NCBI RefSeq assembly: GCF_000737315.1
Contig: NZ_JMCB01000003.1
Coordinates: 144,001 to 268,000 of the forward strand
DNA length: 124,000 bases
Reading direction: 5' to 3'
Source: Hyalangium minutum
Lineage (GTDB): Bacteria > Myxococcota > Myxococcia > Myxococcales > Myxococcaceae
Shown here: positions 1 to 16,172 of the stretch, piece after piece
Layout: every line of letters starts with the position of its first letter
Position numbering within the stretch: position 1 is the first letter of the stretch
Made by a program: the position numbers and the translations under genes
The notes under the pieces: model-generated
Seen by the model: only the letters and a program-made list of their open reading frames with translations
The model's database searches: none
Told to the model about the DNA's origin: nothing

Positions 1-433
1 ACAGCACCCGGGTGCGCTCGATTGCGAGGACCTCGGCACCCTGAAGCGTGCTTCCCACGGCAATGGTGCGCGTGCGCTGGGACGTGGGCTCATACACGGA
101 GGCCAGGGACATGTCCGTCGAGGCGGAGGTCAGGGTTCCCAGCAGCTTGAGCCCGAGCTGGGTGGGCACGGTGACGGTGAGGACGGCGGTGGAGGGCTGA
201 CTAGGAGTTCGCAGGGACAGCCCCGTGTAGCGGGCCAGCTCTTCGGCGGAGAGGGGCATGACCGTGGCGGTCGAGGCGCTGACGGGCTCCTGTCGAGCGG
301 GCTCCGAGGCGGTGGGGAGTGTCGCGAGCGACGCACCCAGGAGCGTGTTGACCGTTTGCGCCACCAGCAAGCACGCGCACGCGAGCATGGCGAAGGTAAA
401 CGCATGAAACGCGGGACGAATGAGCGACCTCAT
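1..433 (-). CDS. gspC: Type II secretion protein GspC-like (N-terminal part; runs off window edge)
   Basis: Manual translation from ATG 433 (AGGAGG RBS upstream): MRSLIRPAFHAFTFAMLACACLL (TM) ... LKLLGTL..SLASVYE..RTIAVGSTLQGAEVLAIERTRVL, typical of the GspC HR domain. Not in ORF track. Confidence 0.6.
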   Translation of the reverse strand, partial: MRSLIRPAFHAFTFAMLACACLLVAQTVNTLLGASLATLPTASEPARQEPVSASTATVMPLSAEELARYTGLSLRTPSQPSTAVLTVTVPTQLGLKLLGTLTSASTDMSLASVYEPTSQRTRTIAVGSTLQGAEVLAIERTRVL

Positions 434-790
434 GGGCAGCCTCCTGATGTGGACAGTGAATGCCCGCGCTCAAAGCAAGCCAGATACCAACCGCAGCACT
501 GCGGGCTGCCCCGAGGGGGCGCTGCGAGGCCTGACCGGACTCGGGTTCGTGCCGCATGACAGAGTGTCAATGCGGGCCTGAGGGCCGTGACGACGCGTCT
601 GCCGGAGGCCCCACCGTCCACGCAGGGAGACGCGAGTCCACGGCGTGAGACGGTCGTGAAGCAGGAATCAACGACTTCCCGGACGCGTGTCCCTTGGACC
701 CACACAACCTGACGGGTAGGCGCGCCAATTGCTAACGGAATACGTCGGGGGAGCATTGACGCGCGCGCCCGTCCGCCGCACGCTTAGGGC

Positions 791-1606
791 ATGGGACGGC
801 ACGCATATAAGGGCGAAGGACCATTCCCCCAGGCTCCGACGCAAGAGGAGTGGGAGGCGATGGGACCGGAGGAGAGGGCCCGGGTGGTGGAGTCACTGCC
901 TGGGGAGGTGACGTGGGACGAGATGGCGATGCCCGAGGGGGATCCACACTTCGGGGCGAAGGTGCGGACCTTGGATGTGCTCAAGGGCTACTTCCGCAAT
1001 CAGAAGCGCAAGGTGTACCTGGGCGCGGAGCTGCCTGTGTACTACCCGGCGGAGCGGCGCTTCGCTCCGGACTTGGTGGCCGTGCTGGATACCGAGCCGC
1101 ACGAGCGCAACAAATGGGTGGTGAGCCATGAGGGCAAGGGGCTGGACTGGGTGTTGGAGGTTCACTTCGGCGGCGACCGGAAGAAGGACGCCGTCTTCAA
1201 TGTGAAGCGGTACGCGCAGTTGGGCATCCCTGAGTACTTCATCTACGACCGGCGCAAGCAGCGGCTGGAGGCCTACCGGCTGCTGTCGCCCGAGTCGCGC
1301 AGGTACGAGCGGATGCTGCCCAGGCAAGGCCGGTTCGTGTCCGAGGTGCTCGGGCTGGAACTGGAGGTGTCCGAGGAGAAGCTCCAGCTGTGGGCGGGCA
1401 ACGCGCTCCTCTTGGAGTCCGCGGAGATGTTGGCCCGGGTGCAGGAGAAGCTGGAGCAGGTGGCTCTTCAGCGGGAGGAAGAGGCGCGGCGTCGCGAGGA
1501 GATGGAACTCCGATTGGCCGAGGAAACGCGCCGGCGTGAGGAGACAGAGCAACGCCTGAGAGTGCTTCAGGCGGAGGTGGAGCACCTCCAACGCCCCAAG
1601 GAGTAG
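791..1606 (+). CDS. Uma2 (DUF820) family restriction-endonuclease-fold protein with coiled-coil tail
   Basis: PDL..V ... LEV ... YAQLGIPEYFIYD motifs; C-terminal EEEARRREE coiled coil. Confidence 0.85.
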   Translation: MGRHAYKGEGPFPQAPTQEEWEAMGPEERARVVESLPGEVTWDEMAMPEGDPHFGAKVRTLDVLKGYFRNQKRKVYLGAELPVYYPAERRFAPDLVAVLDTEPHERNKWVVSHEGKGLDWVLEVHFGGDRKKDAVFNVKRYAQLGIPEYFIYDRRKQRLEAYRLLSPESRRYERMLPRQGRFVSEVLGLELEVSEEKLQLWAGNALLLESAEMLARVQEKLEQVALQREEEARRREEMELRLAEETRRREETEQRLRVLQAEVEHLQRPKE

Positions 1607-1637
1607 GGCAGGGGAGGCGCTCAACGGCCGGGATGGC

Positions 1638-3101
<1,464 letters not shown>

Positions 3102-3104
3102 GGC

Positions 3105-7661
<4,557 letters not shown>

Positions 7662-7894
7662 CAGTAGATTCCCTCCTTCACTGCTAGGCACAGCGTGTTC
7701 ACTCGCGAACCTCGGATGGTAATGCGGCGCGTCAGGTTGGGTAAAGGAGAGTCTGAAGAGGGGCTGCTTTGGTTGGGGGGACAGGAAGCAGGCATGGCGG
7801 GTTCGCGCAGAGCCAGGGCGGCGTTCTTCCAGATCCACGCAGCGCGTCAAGGGGAGCGTGACGCACCTGCTGCCGTGTTATCCCTTCCTCTGTC

Positions 7895-9097
7895 ATGGCC
7901 TCCACCGAACGCCTCTACTTCAGCGATCCTTTCCTTCACCAATTCACCGGACGCGTGATTGCGCACGCCGCCTGGAATGGGACCTTGTCGGTTGTGCTCG
8001 ATCGCACGGCCTTCTACCCGGAGGCTGGCGGTCAGATGGCGGATCGCGGGCTGCTCGGCGGCTACGCGGTGAAGGACGTGCAGGTGGATGACGCGGGGGT
8101 GGTCCACCACGTGCTGGAGCTGTCCGAGGGGAAGGCGCTGCCCGAGGTGGGCGCCGAGCTGGCGGGACAGATCGATCGGGCCCGCCGCCGCGTGCACATG
8201 GCGCTGCACACGGGCCAGCACATGCTCTCGCGGGCCCTGGTGGATGTGGCTCAGGCGAACACCATCTCCTCGCGCCTGGGCGAGACGCTCTGCACCATCG
8301 ACGTGGATCTGGAAGTCCTTGACGAGGCGCGCGTCGCCGAGGCGGAGGAACTGGTCAACTCGGTGATCGATGACGACGTGGCGATCCGGTCCTTCTTCCC
8401 GACGGTCGAGGAGCTGGCGGCTCTGCCGCTGCGCCGGGCTCCCAAGGTGACGGACAACATCCGCGTGGTGCAGATCGGCGAGTTCGATGTGTCCCCTTGC
8501 GGAGGGACCCACTGCACGCGGTCGGCGCAGGTGGGGATGATCCGGGTGCTCGGTGTGGAGCGCTATAAAGGTAAGGGACGCGTGTCGTTCTCCGCCGGCC
8601 GCCGTGCGCGGACCGAGCTGTGGCAGGAGGCCGGGACGCTCCGGGGCCTGAGCCGCGCCTTCACGTGCGGCCCGGGCGAGGTGCCGGTGGTGATCGACAA
8701 GATCCGTCGCGATCTCACCGAGACGCGGGAGGCGCTGGGTGCGGTCCGGGCGAAACTGGCTGATCAGGCCGCCGTGGAGCTGGCCGCTGCATTGGAGAAG
8801 TCTCCGGAGCGCCGGGTGGTGGCGGTGCTCGAGGGCGCCAACCCCGAGTCGCTGCGCGCGATCGCCGCGAGGCTCACGTCCCAGCCAGAGTCCGTGGTGC
8901 TGCTCGCGGGCCGCGCGCCCGAGGGCATGCCAGTGCTGATCGCTCGAGGGAGTGGCTCCAGCTTCGGGTGTGGCGCCTTCCTCAAGCGTCTGGCCGAGGC
9001 TGCGGGAGGCCGAGGCGGTGGCCGTCCCGAGCATGCCGAGGGCCGCCTGCCCCCAGGCACGGACTTCCCAGGGCTCGTCGCCCAGCTTCTCGGATGA
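7895..9097 (+). CDS. AlaX-type alanyl-tRNA editing protein with C-terminal DHHA1 domain
   Basis: FYPEAGGQ, HTGQHMLS, PCGGTH editing-site motifs; GGRGGGRPEHAEG DHHA1 end. Confidence 0.85.
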   Translation: MASTERLYFSDPFLHQFTGRVIAHAAWNGTLSVVLDRTAFYPEAGGQMADRGLLGGYAVKDVQVDDAGVVHHVLELSEGKALPEVGAELAGQIDRARRRVHMALHTGQHMLSRALVDVAQANTISSRLGETLCTIDVDLEVLDEARVAEAEELVNSVIDDDVAIRSFFPTVEELAALPLRRAPKVTDNIRVVQIGEFDVSPCGGTHCTRSAQVGMIRVLGVERYKGKGRVSFSAGRRARTELWQEAGTLRGLSRAFTCGPGEVPVVIDKIRRDLTETREALGAVRAKLADQAAVELAAALEKSPERRVVAVLEGANPESLRAIAARLTSQPESVVLLAGRAPEGMPVLIARGSGSSFGCGAFLKRLAEAAGGRGGGRPEHAEGRLPPGTDFPGLVAQLLG

Positions 9098-9133
9098 ACG
9101 GACGAGCCCCTCGACTGTCGGGGGGCTTGCTGC

Positions 9134-10027
9134 TCAGCCCTTCCGGGCGATGAAGTCGCGCAGGTGCCGGATGACCTCGGCTGGCTTCTGCAGGGTGACC
9201 CAGTGTGTTGCTCCCGGGATCTTGTGGATCGTGAGATCGGGTGCGAGCTGATCGAGTCCCTCGAGGCCGCTCGGCAAGAGGTAGGGATCCTGCTCTCCCC
9301 AGAGCACGAGCACGGGGAAGCGGACCTTCCACTGCTCCTGGGAGAGCCCGTCCATCAAGTTGCTGCCACCCGGAGAGCCTTGTCCGTCTGGAGGGCCGAT
9401 CTGGGCAGCCCGGTAGTAGTTGAGGCCGGCGTCGACGGCCCCGGGCTGCTTCAGGGCCTGGAGCCACTCGGCCTCGTCCTCGGCGGAGAGCGCGGCGCCG
9501 TGCTGACGGGCATCCTCGAAGATGGCCTGCTTCGCGAAGGCGAAGTCATTGCCGGAGATCTGCTGGTCGAAGCCCGGGGTCCGGAAGCCCAGCATGTACT
9601 GGCTGGCCTCCTGCTGCTTGGGGTTCTCGCGCAGATCGCGGTTGAAGAGGGCGGGGTGGGTGATGTTCACCGTGACGAAGCGGCGGATGAGCTCCGGGTG
9701 ACGAAGCACGAAGCTCCAGCCCAGGAGCGCACCCCAGTCCTGGCACACCACCGTGAGCCTGCGCAGGCCCAGGTGCTCCACGAGCGCGCGCACGTCTTCT
9801 ACGAGGTTCTCGATGCGGTACGCCTCGACGTCCGTGGGGCGAGAGGTGAGGTTGTAGCCCCGGAGGTCTGGGGCGATGACCCGGTGGTCCTTTGAGAACT
9901 CCGCCATCAAGCCCTTCCAGACGCCCCAGTACTCGGGGAAGCCGTGGAGGAACAGGAGGGGCTCACCCGTTCCCTGAGTCACATAGTGCATACGGATGCC
10001 GTTGACGTCCGCGTAGGCGTGCTGCAT
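9134..10027 (-). CDS. Alpha/beta hydrolase (epoxide hydrolase-like)
   Basis: FLHGFPEYW, PDLRGYN, QDWG nucleophile elbow, HWV; start MQHAYADVNG at 10027. Confidence 0.9.
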   Translation of the reverse strand: MQHAYADVNGIRMHYVTQGTGEPLLFLHGFPEYWGVWKGLMAEFSKDHRVIAPDLRGYNLTSRPTDVEAYRIENLVEDVRALVEHLGLRRLTVVCQDWGALLGWSFVLRHPELIRRFVTVNITHPALFNRDLRENPKQQEASQYMLGFRTPGFDQQISGNDFAFAKQAIFEDARQHGAALSAEDEAEWLQALKQPGAVDAGLNYYRAAQIGPPDGQGSPGGSNLMDGLSQEQWKVRFPVLVLWGEQDPYLLPSGLEGLDQLAPDLTIHKIPGATHWVTLQKPAEVIRHLRDFIARKG

Positions 10028-10117
10028 GGCGTGAGACCTCCTGTGTCCGGTGAGCGCGGTGTGCGGTGCCCGAGAGGATGCCTGAATCCCCTCCAGGCAG
10101 TCGCATAGAATGGGGGG

Positions 10118-10546
10118 ATGCGTCTCCCCGCTACCCTGGTGGCTCCTGCGGACCCAGCGCGCTCCCGGTGGCGGATCCTGCCGCTGCTGCTGCTGCTGCC
10201 CGTGCTGGGGCTGGGCTCGCGCTCGGGGGCTCCCTGGCTGCCCTCCTTCGTCGCGGAATACGCGGGGGACACGCTCTGGACGATGATGGTGTACGTGTGC
10301 CTCGTCTTTGTCTGGCCCCGCCTCTCGGTGGCCCAGGCGGCAGGGGCGGCGCTGGCGATCTCCTTCGCGGTCGAGTTCAGTCAGCTCTACCGTGCCCCCT
10401 GGATCGATGCGCTGCGCGCACATCGCCTGGGGGCACTGGTGCTCGGACGTGGTTTTCTGGGATCGGATCTGGTCTGTTACACCGTGGGCGCGCTGGTGGC
10501 GGCGGGAGCGGAGAGGTTGCTCGCCCAGCAACAGAGCGGGGAATGA
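10118..10546 (+). CDS. DUF2809-like membrane protein
   Basis: YAGDTLW, VEFSQLY, LGALVLG.GF...DL motifs. Confidence 0.75.
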   Translation: MRLPATLVAPADPARSRWRILPLLLLLPVLGLGSRSGAPWLPSFVAEYAGDTLWTMMVYVCLVFVWPRLSVAQAAGAALAISFAVEFSQLYRAPWIDALRAHRLGALVLGRGFLGSDLVCYTVGALVAAGAERLLAQQQSGE

Positions 10547-10599
10547 GTCCCCGGGGAATAGGCGTTGGGCATACATTCGTGAATACTCCAGACACGAGC

Positions 10600-11094
10600 A
10601 TGACTTCTTCCCCGACCTTGACGGTGGTTGCGCAGACGGCTCCCAGCAATGAGAGCCTCTTCACCGCGTTCCGCGAGGAGCGCACCTCGAAGGTGCGCTG
10701 GCTCTTCGTGCTGTTGGTGCCGCTCCTGGGGCTGCTCGCGGCCTGGGGGTCGATGCACGGGCAGGAGCACGCGGTGCGCATCGTCACGGCGCATGGCTTC
10801 AAGATGGTTCAGCCGGGCATGTCCCAGGCGGACGTGGTCGCGCGGCTGGGCAACCCCATTGGCAAGACTACCCGGGCGGACGGGGCGGAGTGCGTCCAGT
10901 ACGGTGTGTTCTCCGTCACCGAGCCGTCCACCAACGTGTACGTGCTCTGCTACGTGGATGGGGTGCTCCAGGACGTGACGACGCGGCGCTACTCGCTGTG
11001 GACGGTGGATCCCTCCACCGGTGAGTTCATGCCGGCGGGCGTTCCGATGGAAGAGGAGCCGGCCAAGAAGCCTGCTCCTGTGCCCACGCCCTGA
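10600..11094 (+). CDS. Membrane-anchored protein with SmpA/OmlA(BamE)-like domain
   Basis: TM helix followed by GMSQADVVARLGNP; start reassigned to ATG 10600. Confidence 0.55.
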   Translation: MTSSPTLTVVAQTAPSNESLFTAFREERTSKVRWLFVLLVPLLGLLAAWGSMHGQEHAVRIVTAHGFKMVQPGMSQADVVARLGNPIGKTTRADGAECVQYGVFSVTEPSTNVYVLCYVDGVLQDVTTRRYSLWTVDPSTGEFMPAGVPMEEEPAKKPAPVPTP

Positions 11095-11098
11095 TCGC

Positions 11099-11707
11099 AT
11101 GCGGACGAAAGCTTCGCCGCCCATTTCCCACCTGAGTGGCAAGGCGGCGCTCCCGCTGATCGAGGCTTACTTCGAGTTCAACCACCTGAAGCAGCTCTAC
11201 CGTCAGGGCTGGCTCCGCGTGGGCATTTCTCCCGAGCGCTGCGAGAGCGTCGCCGAGCACTCCCTCGGCGTGGCCTTGCTGTGCCTCTTCATCGCCGACA
11301 GTTGGTTCCCCGAGGCGGATGCCTCCAAGGTCGTCCGGATCGCGCTGCTGCACGATCTGGGGGAGGCCCGTGTCGGTGACATCACTCCGCACGACGGCGT
11401 GAACCCCACCCAGAAGCACGCGCTGGAGCGTCAGGCCGTGGCGCAGATCCTCGGCAAGCTGCCGCGTGGCGCCGAGTACCTCGCGCTCTGGGAGGAGTAC
11501 GAGCAGGGCGCCTCCTTCGAGGCGAAGCTGGTGCGCCAGGTGGATCGGCTCGAGATGTCGCTCCAGGCCTGCGTCTACGAGCACCAGGGTTTTGGGGACC
11601 TGTCGCAGTTCTTCGCCTCGGCCGAGAAGGTCATGGAGTCGCCTCAGCTCCGGGCCGTCCTGACGGAGCTTCAGGCTCTGCGGCCCCCTCGCGCTGCTGC
11701 TCCCTGA
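11099..11707 (+). CDS. HD-domain hydrolase (YfbR/HDDC2-like)
   Basis: LKQLYRQGW, ESVAEHS, LLHDLGEA..GDITP motifs. Confidence 0.85.
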   Translation: MRTKASPPISHLSGKAALPLIEAYFEFNHLKQLYRQGWLRVGISPERCESVAEHSLGVALLCLFIADSWFPEADASKVVRIALLHDLGEARVGDITPHDGVNPTQKHALERQAVAQILGKLPRGAEYLALWEEYEQGASFEAKLVRQVDRLEMSLQACVYEHQGFGDLSQFFASAEKVMESPQLRAVLTELQALRPPRAAAP

Positions 11708-11719
11708 ACTCGCTTCGGC

Positions 11720-12574
11720 TCACCCGAACCAGGCGTTGGTGCTGGGGGCGAACACCTGGATGCGCTGTCTCAAGGCCTCCGGGACTCGCTGGCGGATGAG
11801 ATCGTGCACCTGCTGCGGCCCGTAGAGCTGGCTGAAGTGCATCAGCACGAGCGCTTCGTTCTTGAACAGGTCCGCCCGGTCGATGATCTCGTCCAGGTGC
11901 GTGTGAAGGCGCTCCTGCGTCTCCTCCACGGTCCGTTTCGGGTCCAGGTACGTGCTCTCCAGGATGAGCACCCGGCTCTCCAGGATCGACGGCGCGGACT
12001 CCAGTACCCGCGCCAATGTATCCGTGGCGTAGGCCACCTCGAGCCGCTCGACCTCCTCGAAGATCCCAGGGGTGCCCTCACGCCGGAGGCGGGCGATCTC
12101 CTCGCCTGGGAGCCCCTGGTGCTCGGGCTTCAGCTTCGTGACGCGCTTGAGGAACTGGTAGCCGAGCGATGGGCCCGCATGGTGGGTCCGGAAGGCACGC
12201 ACCCAGATGTCCCGGTCCACCTTGCGAGTGTCCCCTGGCAGCATGGGAATGGTCTCGTACGCGACCTCTGAGCGGTGCAGGCGGCCCAGGGCCTCGAGCG
12301 CCTCGCGGACCGCTGACTCGATCTCCGCAGGGAGGTACACCTGGGCGGGCGAGTGCTTGCCTACCAGCCCTCGGATCGCGAGCAGCGAACCCAGGGCGCT
12401 CGCATGGTCCGCGTGGCCGTGACTCAGGAAGAGATGATCCGTCGTGGCGAAGCTCCGCAGCGGGACGCCTGCGTCCAGCACCACGCCCAACTCCGGCACC
12501 TGCAGTGATGTGTAGACCCCCGCTACCGAGATCCCTCGGACGGTGTAAGGGCCTGCCTGCACTTCGGTCAGCAT
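11720..12574 (-). CDS. Metallo-beta-lactamase fold hydrolase (short RNase Z-like)
   Basis: SHGHADH, THH, LILESTY, LMHFS; start ATG 12574. Confidence 0.8.
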   Translation of the reverse strand: MLTEVQAGPYTVRGISVAGVYTSLQVPELGVVLDAGVPLRSFATTDHLFLSHGHADHASALGSLLAIRGLVGKHSPAQVYLPAEIESAVREALEALGRLHRSEVAYETIPMLPGDTRKVDRDIWVRAFRTHHAGPSLGYQFLKRVTKLKPEHQGLPGEEIARLRREGTPGIFEEVERLEVAYATDTLARVLESAPSILESRVLILESTYLDPKRTVEETQERLHTHLDEIIDRADLFKNEALVLMHFSQLYGPQQVHDLIRQRVPEALRQRIQVFAPSTNAWFG

Positions 12575-12665
12575 GCCCGGCAAGGCTAATGGCCGGGCCC
12601 TCGGAGGGACACTGGAACTTGTAGCAGGGGCTCGGGATGCCAACGTTCCGAGTGAGAGGACGACC

Positions 12666-12884
12666 ATGCGAACGACTCCGACTTCGGCCCTTGTGCTGTT
12701 TCTCCTCGCTCCGGTCCTGGCGCTCGCCCAGCCGGGGATGGGGCCTACTGACGACCGCTGGGTGACCCAGAGCTCGGGCTTCTGGTTCTGGGTGATTGCC
12801 TTGGCCATCGCCGTGGTGGCCTTCATCGTGGCCAACGTCGTCTTCAATCGGCGATTGCCGCCCACGGGCCCCCGGGGACTCTGA
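12666..12884 (+). CDS. Small membrane protein (signal peptide + one TM helix)
   Basis: GC3-biased ORF, two hydrophobic segments. Confidence 0.55.
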   Translation: MRTTPTSALVLFLLAPVLALAQPGMGPTDDRWVTQSSGFWFWVIALAIAVVAFIVANVVFNRRLPPTGPRGL

Positions 12885-12978
12885 GCCGCAGAGGCGTGGC
12901 GCAGGCTGTCTGTCTGCAAGGCAGCCTGGCGCCGGTGGGGCAGGGGAGCATGTGACCCGCCGAGGCGTTGGCTTCATC

Positions 12979-14280
12979 ATGCGTCTCGTGAGGCCCGCCT
13001 GCTGCACCGCCGTGCTGCTCCTCCTGCTGGGGATGCCCCGGCCCGCGGCGGCCTTCTCCGTGGGCGACCACCAGGCCCTGACCGAGGCCGCGCTGAAGGC
13101 GGCAGGCTCCGAGGCGCGCCCGCTGCTCGCGGCACACCGTGACGCGGTGCTGCATGGCGCCACCGCCGAGGATCTCAACCTCCACGTGAAGTGGACCGGC
13201 TGGCACCACTTCTATTGCCCCGAGGGCTCACTCCATACCGCTCTGCGCCACGCCTCCGACGCCCGGGTGCGGGAACTCTGGGAGGAGGCCTTGGAGGCCG
13301 CACGCCACGGCGATCTGGAGCGTGCCTTCGATCGCGCGGGGCACCTTGCCCACCACGTGCAGGACATGGCCTCGCCACCCCACGTGGTGCCGGTGAACCA
13401 CGGGCTGTGGGATCGCTTCGAGCGGTATGGGGTCCGTGCCTCGCTGGCGCGGGCTCCGAGCCGCCAGGTGGCGCCACTTCCGGGTGCGGAGGCGCAGCAG
13501 GCGCTCGCGCGCGAGACACTGGCCGCCGTGCGGAGCGACTCACTGCCCACGTCTCACGGTCCGATCCCCTGGAGTGCCTTCTGGTCCGAGCCTTCCACCC
13601 GTGTCGCCGCAGCCTTCGGCAGTTACGGCGGAGAGGCGGGCAACGCGTTCGGCGTTCGCGAGGTGCGCTGGCAGGGCAAGCGCCACCCCATCGAGCCCGC
13701 AGGCTACGCTGCCTTCATGGACGCGCGGGTCTCCGGCGCGGTGGCGTACACCCGAGCCTTCCTCGAGTGGGCAAGTGATCGCTTCGAAGAGGTCGCCGCC
13801 GCGAAGGAGTCTGTCGCCTTGCGCGGCTTCCGCCCATCGCCCGAGCTGTCTCTGCAGCTCTTGGGCGGAGTGACCCGGGACTCGCGAGGAACCACCTCGG
13901 TGCTCGGCCTCCGCGCGGCACTCCCGCTGCCTCGTGCGTTCATGCTGTCGCTGGATTGGACTCGAGGTGTGGGCAGCATGCAGGCCGCGCGACGCTCGGG
14001 AGGCACGTCCCTGGTCCTGCTCACGCCGCCGCTGTGGACGGCCCGGCCCGGTTATCCCCTGGGGCTCGATCTGCGGGCCGCCGTGGGCGTGGGCCTGGTT
14101 CCTTGGGAGGGACAACAGCGGATCAGCGTACCTGCCGGGTTGCGCGCGCACGCGGCTCTGCCCACCCCCTTCTCCCTGAGCGCACAGGTGCTCTACCAGG
14201 GACTCCAGCCTCCCGGCGGCACGTGGAGCCATGGCGTCGCTTTCACCCTGGGAGCGGGTCTGGCCTGGGGAGACCGATAA
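12979..14280 (+). CDS. Secreted zinc phospholipase C / P1-nuclease-like protein with beta-rich C-terminal domain
   Basis: Signal peptide ending PAAA-F; H..LT, WHHFY, GHLAHHVQDMASPPHV, H..FE Zn-ligand pattern. Confidence 0.6.
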   Translation: MRLVRPACCTAVLLLLLGMPRPAAAFSVGDHQALTEAALKAAGSEARPLLAAHRDAVLHGATAEDLNLHVKWTGWHHFYCPEGSLHTALRHASDARVRELWEEALEAARHGDLERAFDRAGHLAHHVQDMASPPHVVPVNHGLWDRFERYGVRASLARAPSRQVAPLPGAEAQQALARETLAAVRSDSLPTSHGPIPWSAFWSEPSTRVAAAFGSYGGEAGNAFGVREVRWQGKRHPIEPAGYAAFMDARVSGAVAYTRAFLEWASDRFEEVAAAKESVALRGFRPSPELSLQLLGGVTRDSRGTTSVLGLRAALPLPRAFMLSLDWTRGVGSMQAARRSGGTSLVLLTPPLWTARPGYPLGLDLRAAVGVGLVPWEGQQRISVPAGLRAHAALPTPFSLSAQVLYQGLQPPGGTWSHGVAFTLGAGLAWGDR

Positions 14281-14376
14281 CCCTCCGGCATGTGGGGCGC
14301 GGTGCGGCATGAGCACCGGATCGTGACGGGCCGGTGGTTCCGTGTGGATCCATTTTCAGGTATTCCCTTCGCGCCC

Positions 14377-16101
14377 ATGACCCATTCCCACTCTTCCTCC
14401 TTCTCGAATGCGCGGGTGCGTCCCAGCGTCTTCAAGTTGCTCGGGGCCCTCGTTGCCGGCTCCGTGCTCACCCTCTCGGCTGGCTGCAGCGAAGATGAGC
14501 TGACGCCCGCGCAGGCGCCGACGAAGGTCCAGCTGATCGCCTTCAACGACTTCCACGGCAACCTGGAGCCCCCCACGGGGAGCAACGGCCGCATCCGGGT
14601 GCCGACCAGCGATGGGAAGGGCGCGGATGTGAACGCGGGCGGCGGCGCGTACCTCGCCTACCACATCGACAAGCTGCGCCAGCGCAACGAGAACACGGTG
14701 GTGGTGTCCGCGGGTGACCTGATCGGCGCCTCGCCGCTGGTGTCGGGCATCTTCCACGACGAGCCCACCATCGAGCTGATGAACCTGATCGGCCTGGACA
14801 TCAACGGCGTGGGCAACCACGAGTTCGATGACGGCCGCGACGAGCTGCTGCGCATGCAGAACGGCGGTTGCCACGCCAACGGCTGCGAGGCCAGCGCCTC
14901 GTTCCCGGGCGCGAAGTTCAAGTTCCTGTCGGCCAACGTGATCGACACGGTCTCCAACAAGCCCCTGCTGGACGCCTACACCATCAAGGAGTTCGGCGGC
15001 CAGAAGATCGCCTTCATCGGCATGACGCTGGAGGGCACCTCGACCATCGTGAACCTGGCCGGCATCGTGAACCTCTCCTTCAAGGACGAGGCGGACACGG
15101 TCAACGCGCTGGTCCCCGAGCTGAAGAGTCAGGGCGTGGAGGCCATCGTGGTGCTCATCCACGAGGGCGGTGCGCAGGTGGCCACGGGCTACTACAATGA
15201 GTGCGCCGGCATCTCCGGTCCCATCGTGGCGCTGACCGAGCGGTTCGATGACGCGGTGGACGTGGTCGTCTCCGGCCACACCCACCAGGCGTACAACTGC
15301 ACCATCGACGGCAAGCTCGTCACCAGCGCGGCCAGCCTCGGGCGCCTGCTCACCACCATTGATCTGACGCTGGATCCCTCCACGGGCGACATCGTGGAGA
15401 AGGTGGCCAACAACAACATCGTCACCCGCGACAACGCGAACACCCCGGCCGATACGCTGGTGAAGAAATACGTCAAAGACGCCACGCCCCTGGCCAGCCG
15501 CATCCTCGGCAACACGCCGGTGGAGCTGAAGGCCCCCATCCGGCCGCTGCCGGCGGGTATGTCGGGTGAGTCCATCCTGGGCAACATCGTTGCGGACGGG
15601 ATGCTCGCGGCCACCAAGGACGAGGCCAAGGGCGGCGCCGTGATCGCGTTCCAGAACCCGGGCGGCATCCGCGCGGACATCAACGCCGGGGACATCACCT
15701 TCGGCGAGGTCTTCACCGTTCAGCCCTTCGCCAACAACCTGGTGACGCTCACCCTGACGGGTGCCCAGATCGAGAAGGTGCTGGAGCAGCAGTGGGGCGC
15801 CAACGTCTCCATCATGCAGGTGTCCGAGGGTTTCTCCTACACCTGGAAGGAGTCGGGGCCGGCGGGGGACAAGATCGATCCGGCGAGCATCATGCTCAAC
15901 GGGACGGTGATTGACCCGGCGGCGAGCTACCGCGTGACGGTGAACAACTTCATGGCCAGCGGTGGTGACGGCTACCTGGCGTTCACCGAGGGCACGGGTC
16001 TGCTTACGGGTCCGATCGATCTCGACTCGCTCGAGGCCTACCTGCGGGTGAACAACCCGCTGACGGTCCCCTCGCTGGGCCGCATCACGCTCGTGCCGTA
16101 A
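14377..16101 (+). CDS. 5'-nucleotidase / bifunctional metallophosphatase lipoprotein
   Basis: LSAGC lipobox, FNDFHG, SAGD, GNHEFD, SGHTH, NPGGIR, QPFAN. Confidence 0.92.
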   Translation: MTHSHSSSFSNARVRPSVFKLLGALVAGSVLTLSAGCSEDELTPAQAPTKVQLIAFNDFHGNLEPPTGSNGRIRVPTSDGKGADVNAGGGAYLAYHIDKLRQRNENTVVVSAGDLIGASPLVSGIFHDEPTIELMNLIGLDINGVGNHEFDDGRDELLRMQNGGCHANGCEASASFPGAKFKFLSANVIDTVSNKPLLDAYTIKEFGGQKIAFIGMTLEGTSTIVNLAGIVNLSFKDEADTVNALVPELKSQGVEAIVVLIHEGGAQVATGYYNECAGISGPIVALTERFDDAVDVVVSGHTHQAYNCTIDGKLVTSAASLGRLLTTIDLTLDPSTGDIVEKVANNNIVTRDNANTPADTLVKKYVKDATPLASRILGNTPVELKAPIRPLPAGMSGESILGNIVADGMLAATKDEAKGGAVIAFQNPGGIRADINAGDITFGEVFTVQPFANNLVTLTLTGAQIEKVLEQQWGANVSIMQVSEGFSYTWKESGPAGDKIDPASIMLNGTVIDPAASYRVTVNNFMASGGDGYLAFTEGTGLLTGPIDLDSLEAYLRVNNPLTVPSLGRITLVP

Positions 16102-16172
16102 GCCGTTTCAGAGCGCCCCTCTCTCGGTTGCGGGAGGGGGAGGGGCGTGCTCTCCGCCCGCGGAGCTCCGCC

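Noticed and set aside
7662-7850. N-terminal extensions in ORF track (gltB, greA, rluB, thrC, cNMP protein, hydrolases)
   Set aside because: Downstream starts with RBS and family-typical N-termini fit better
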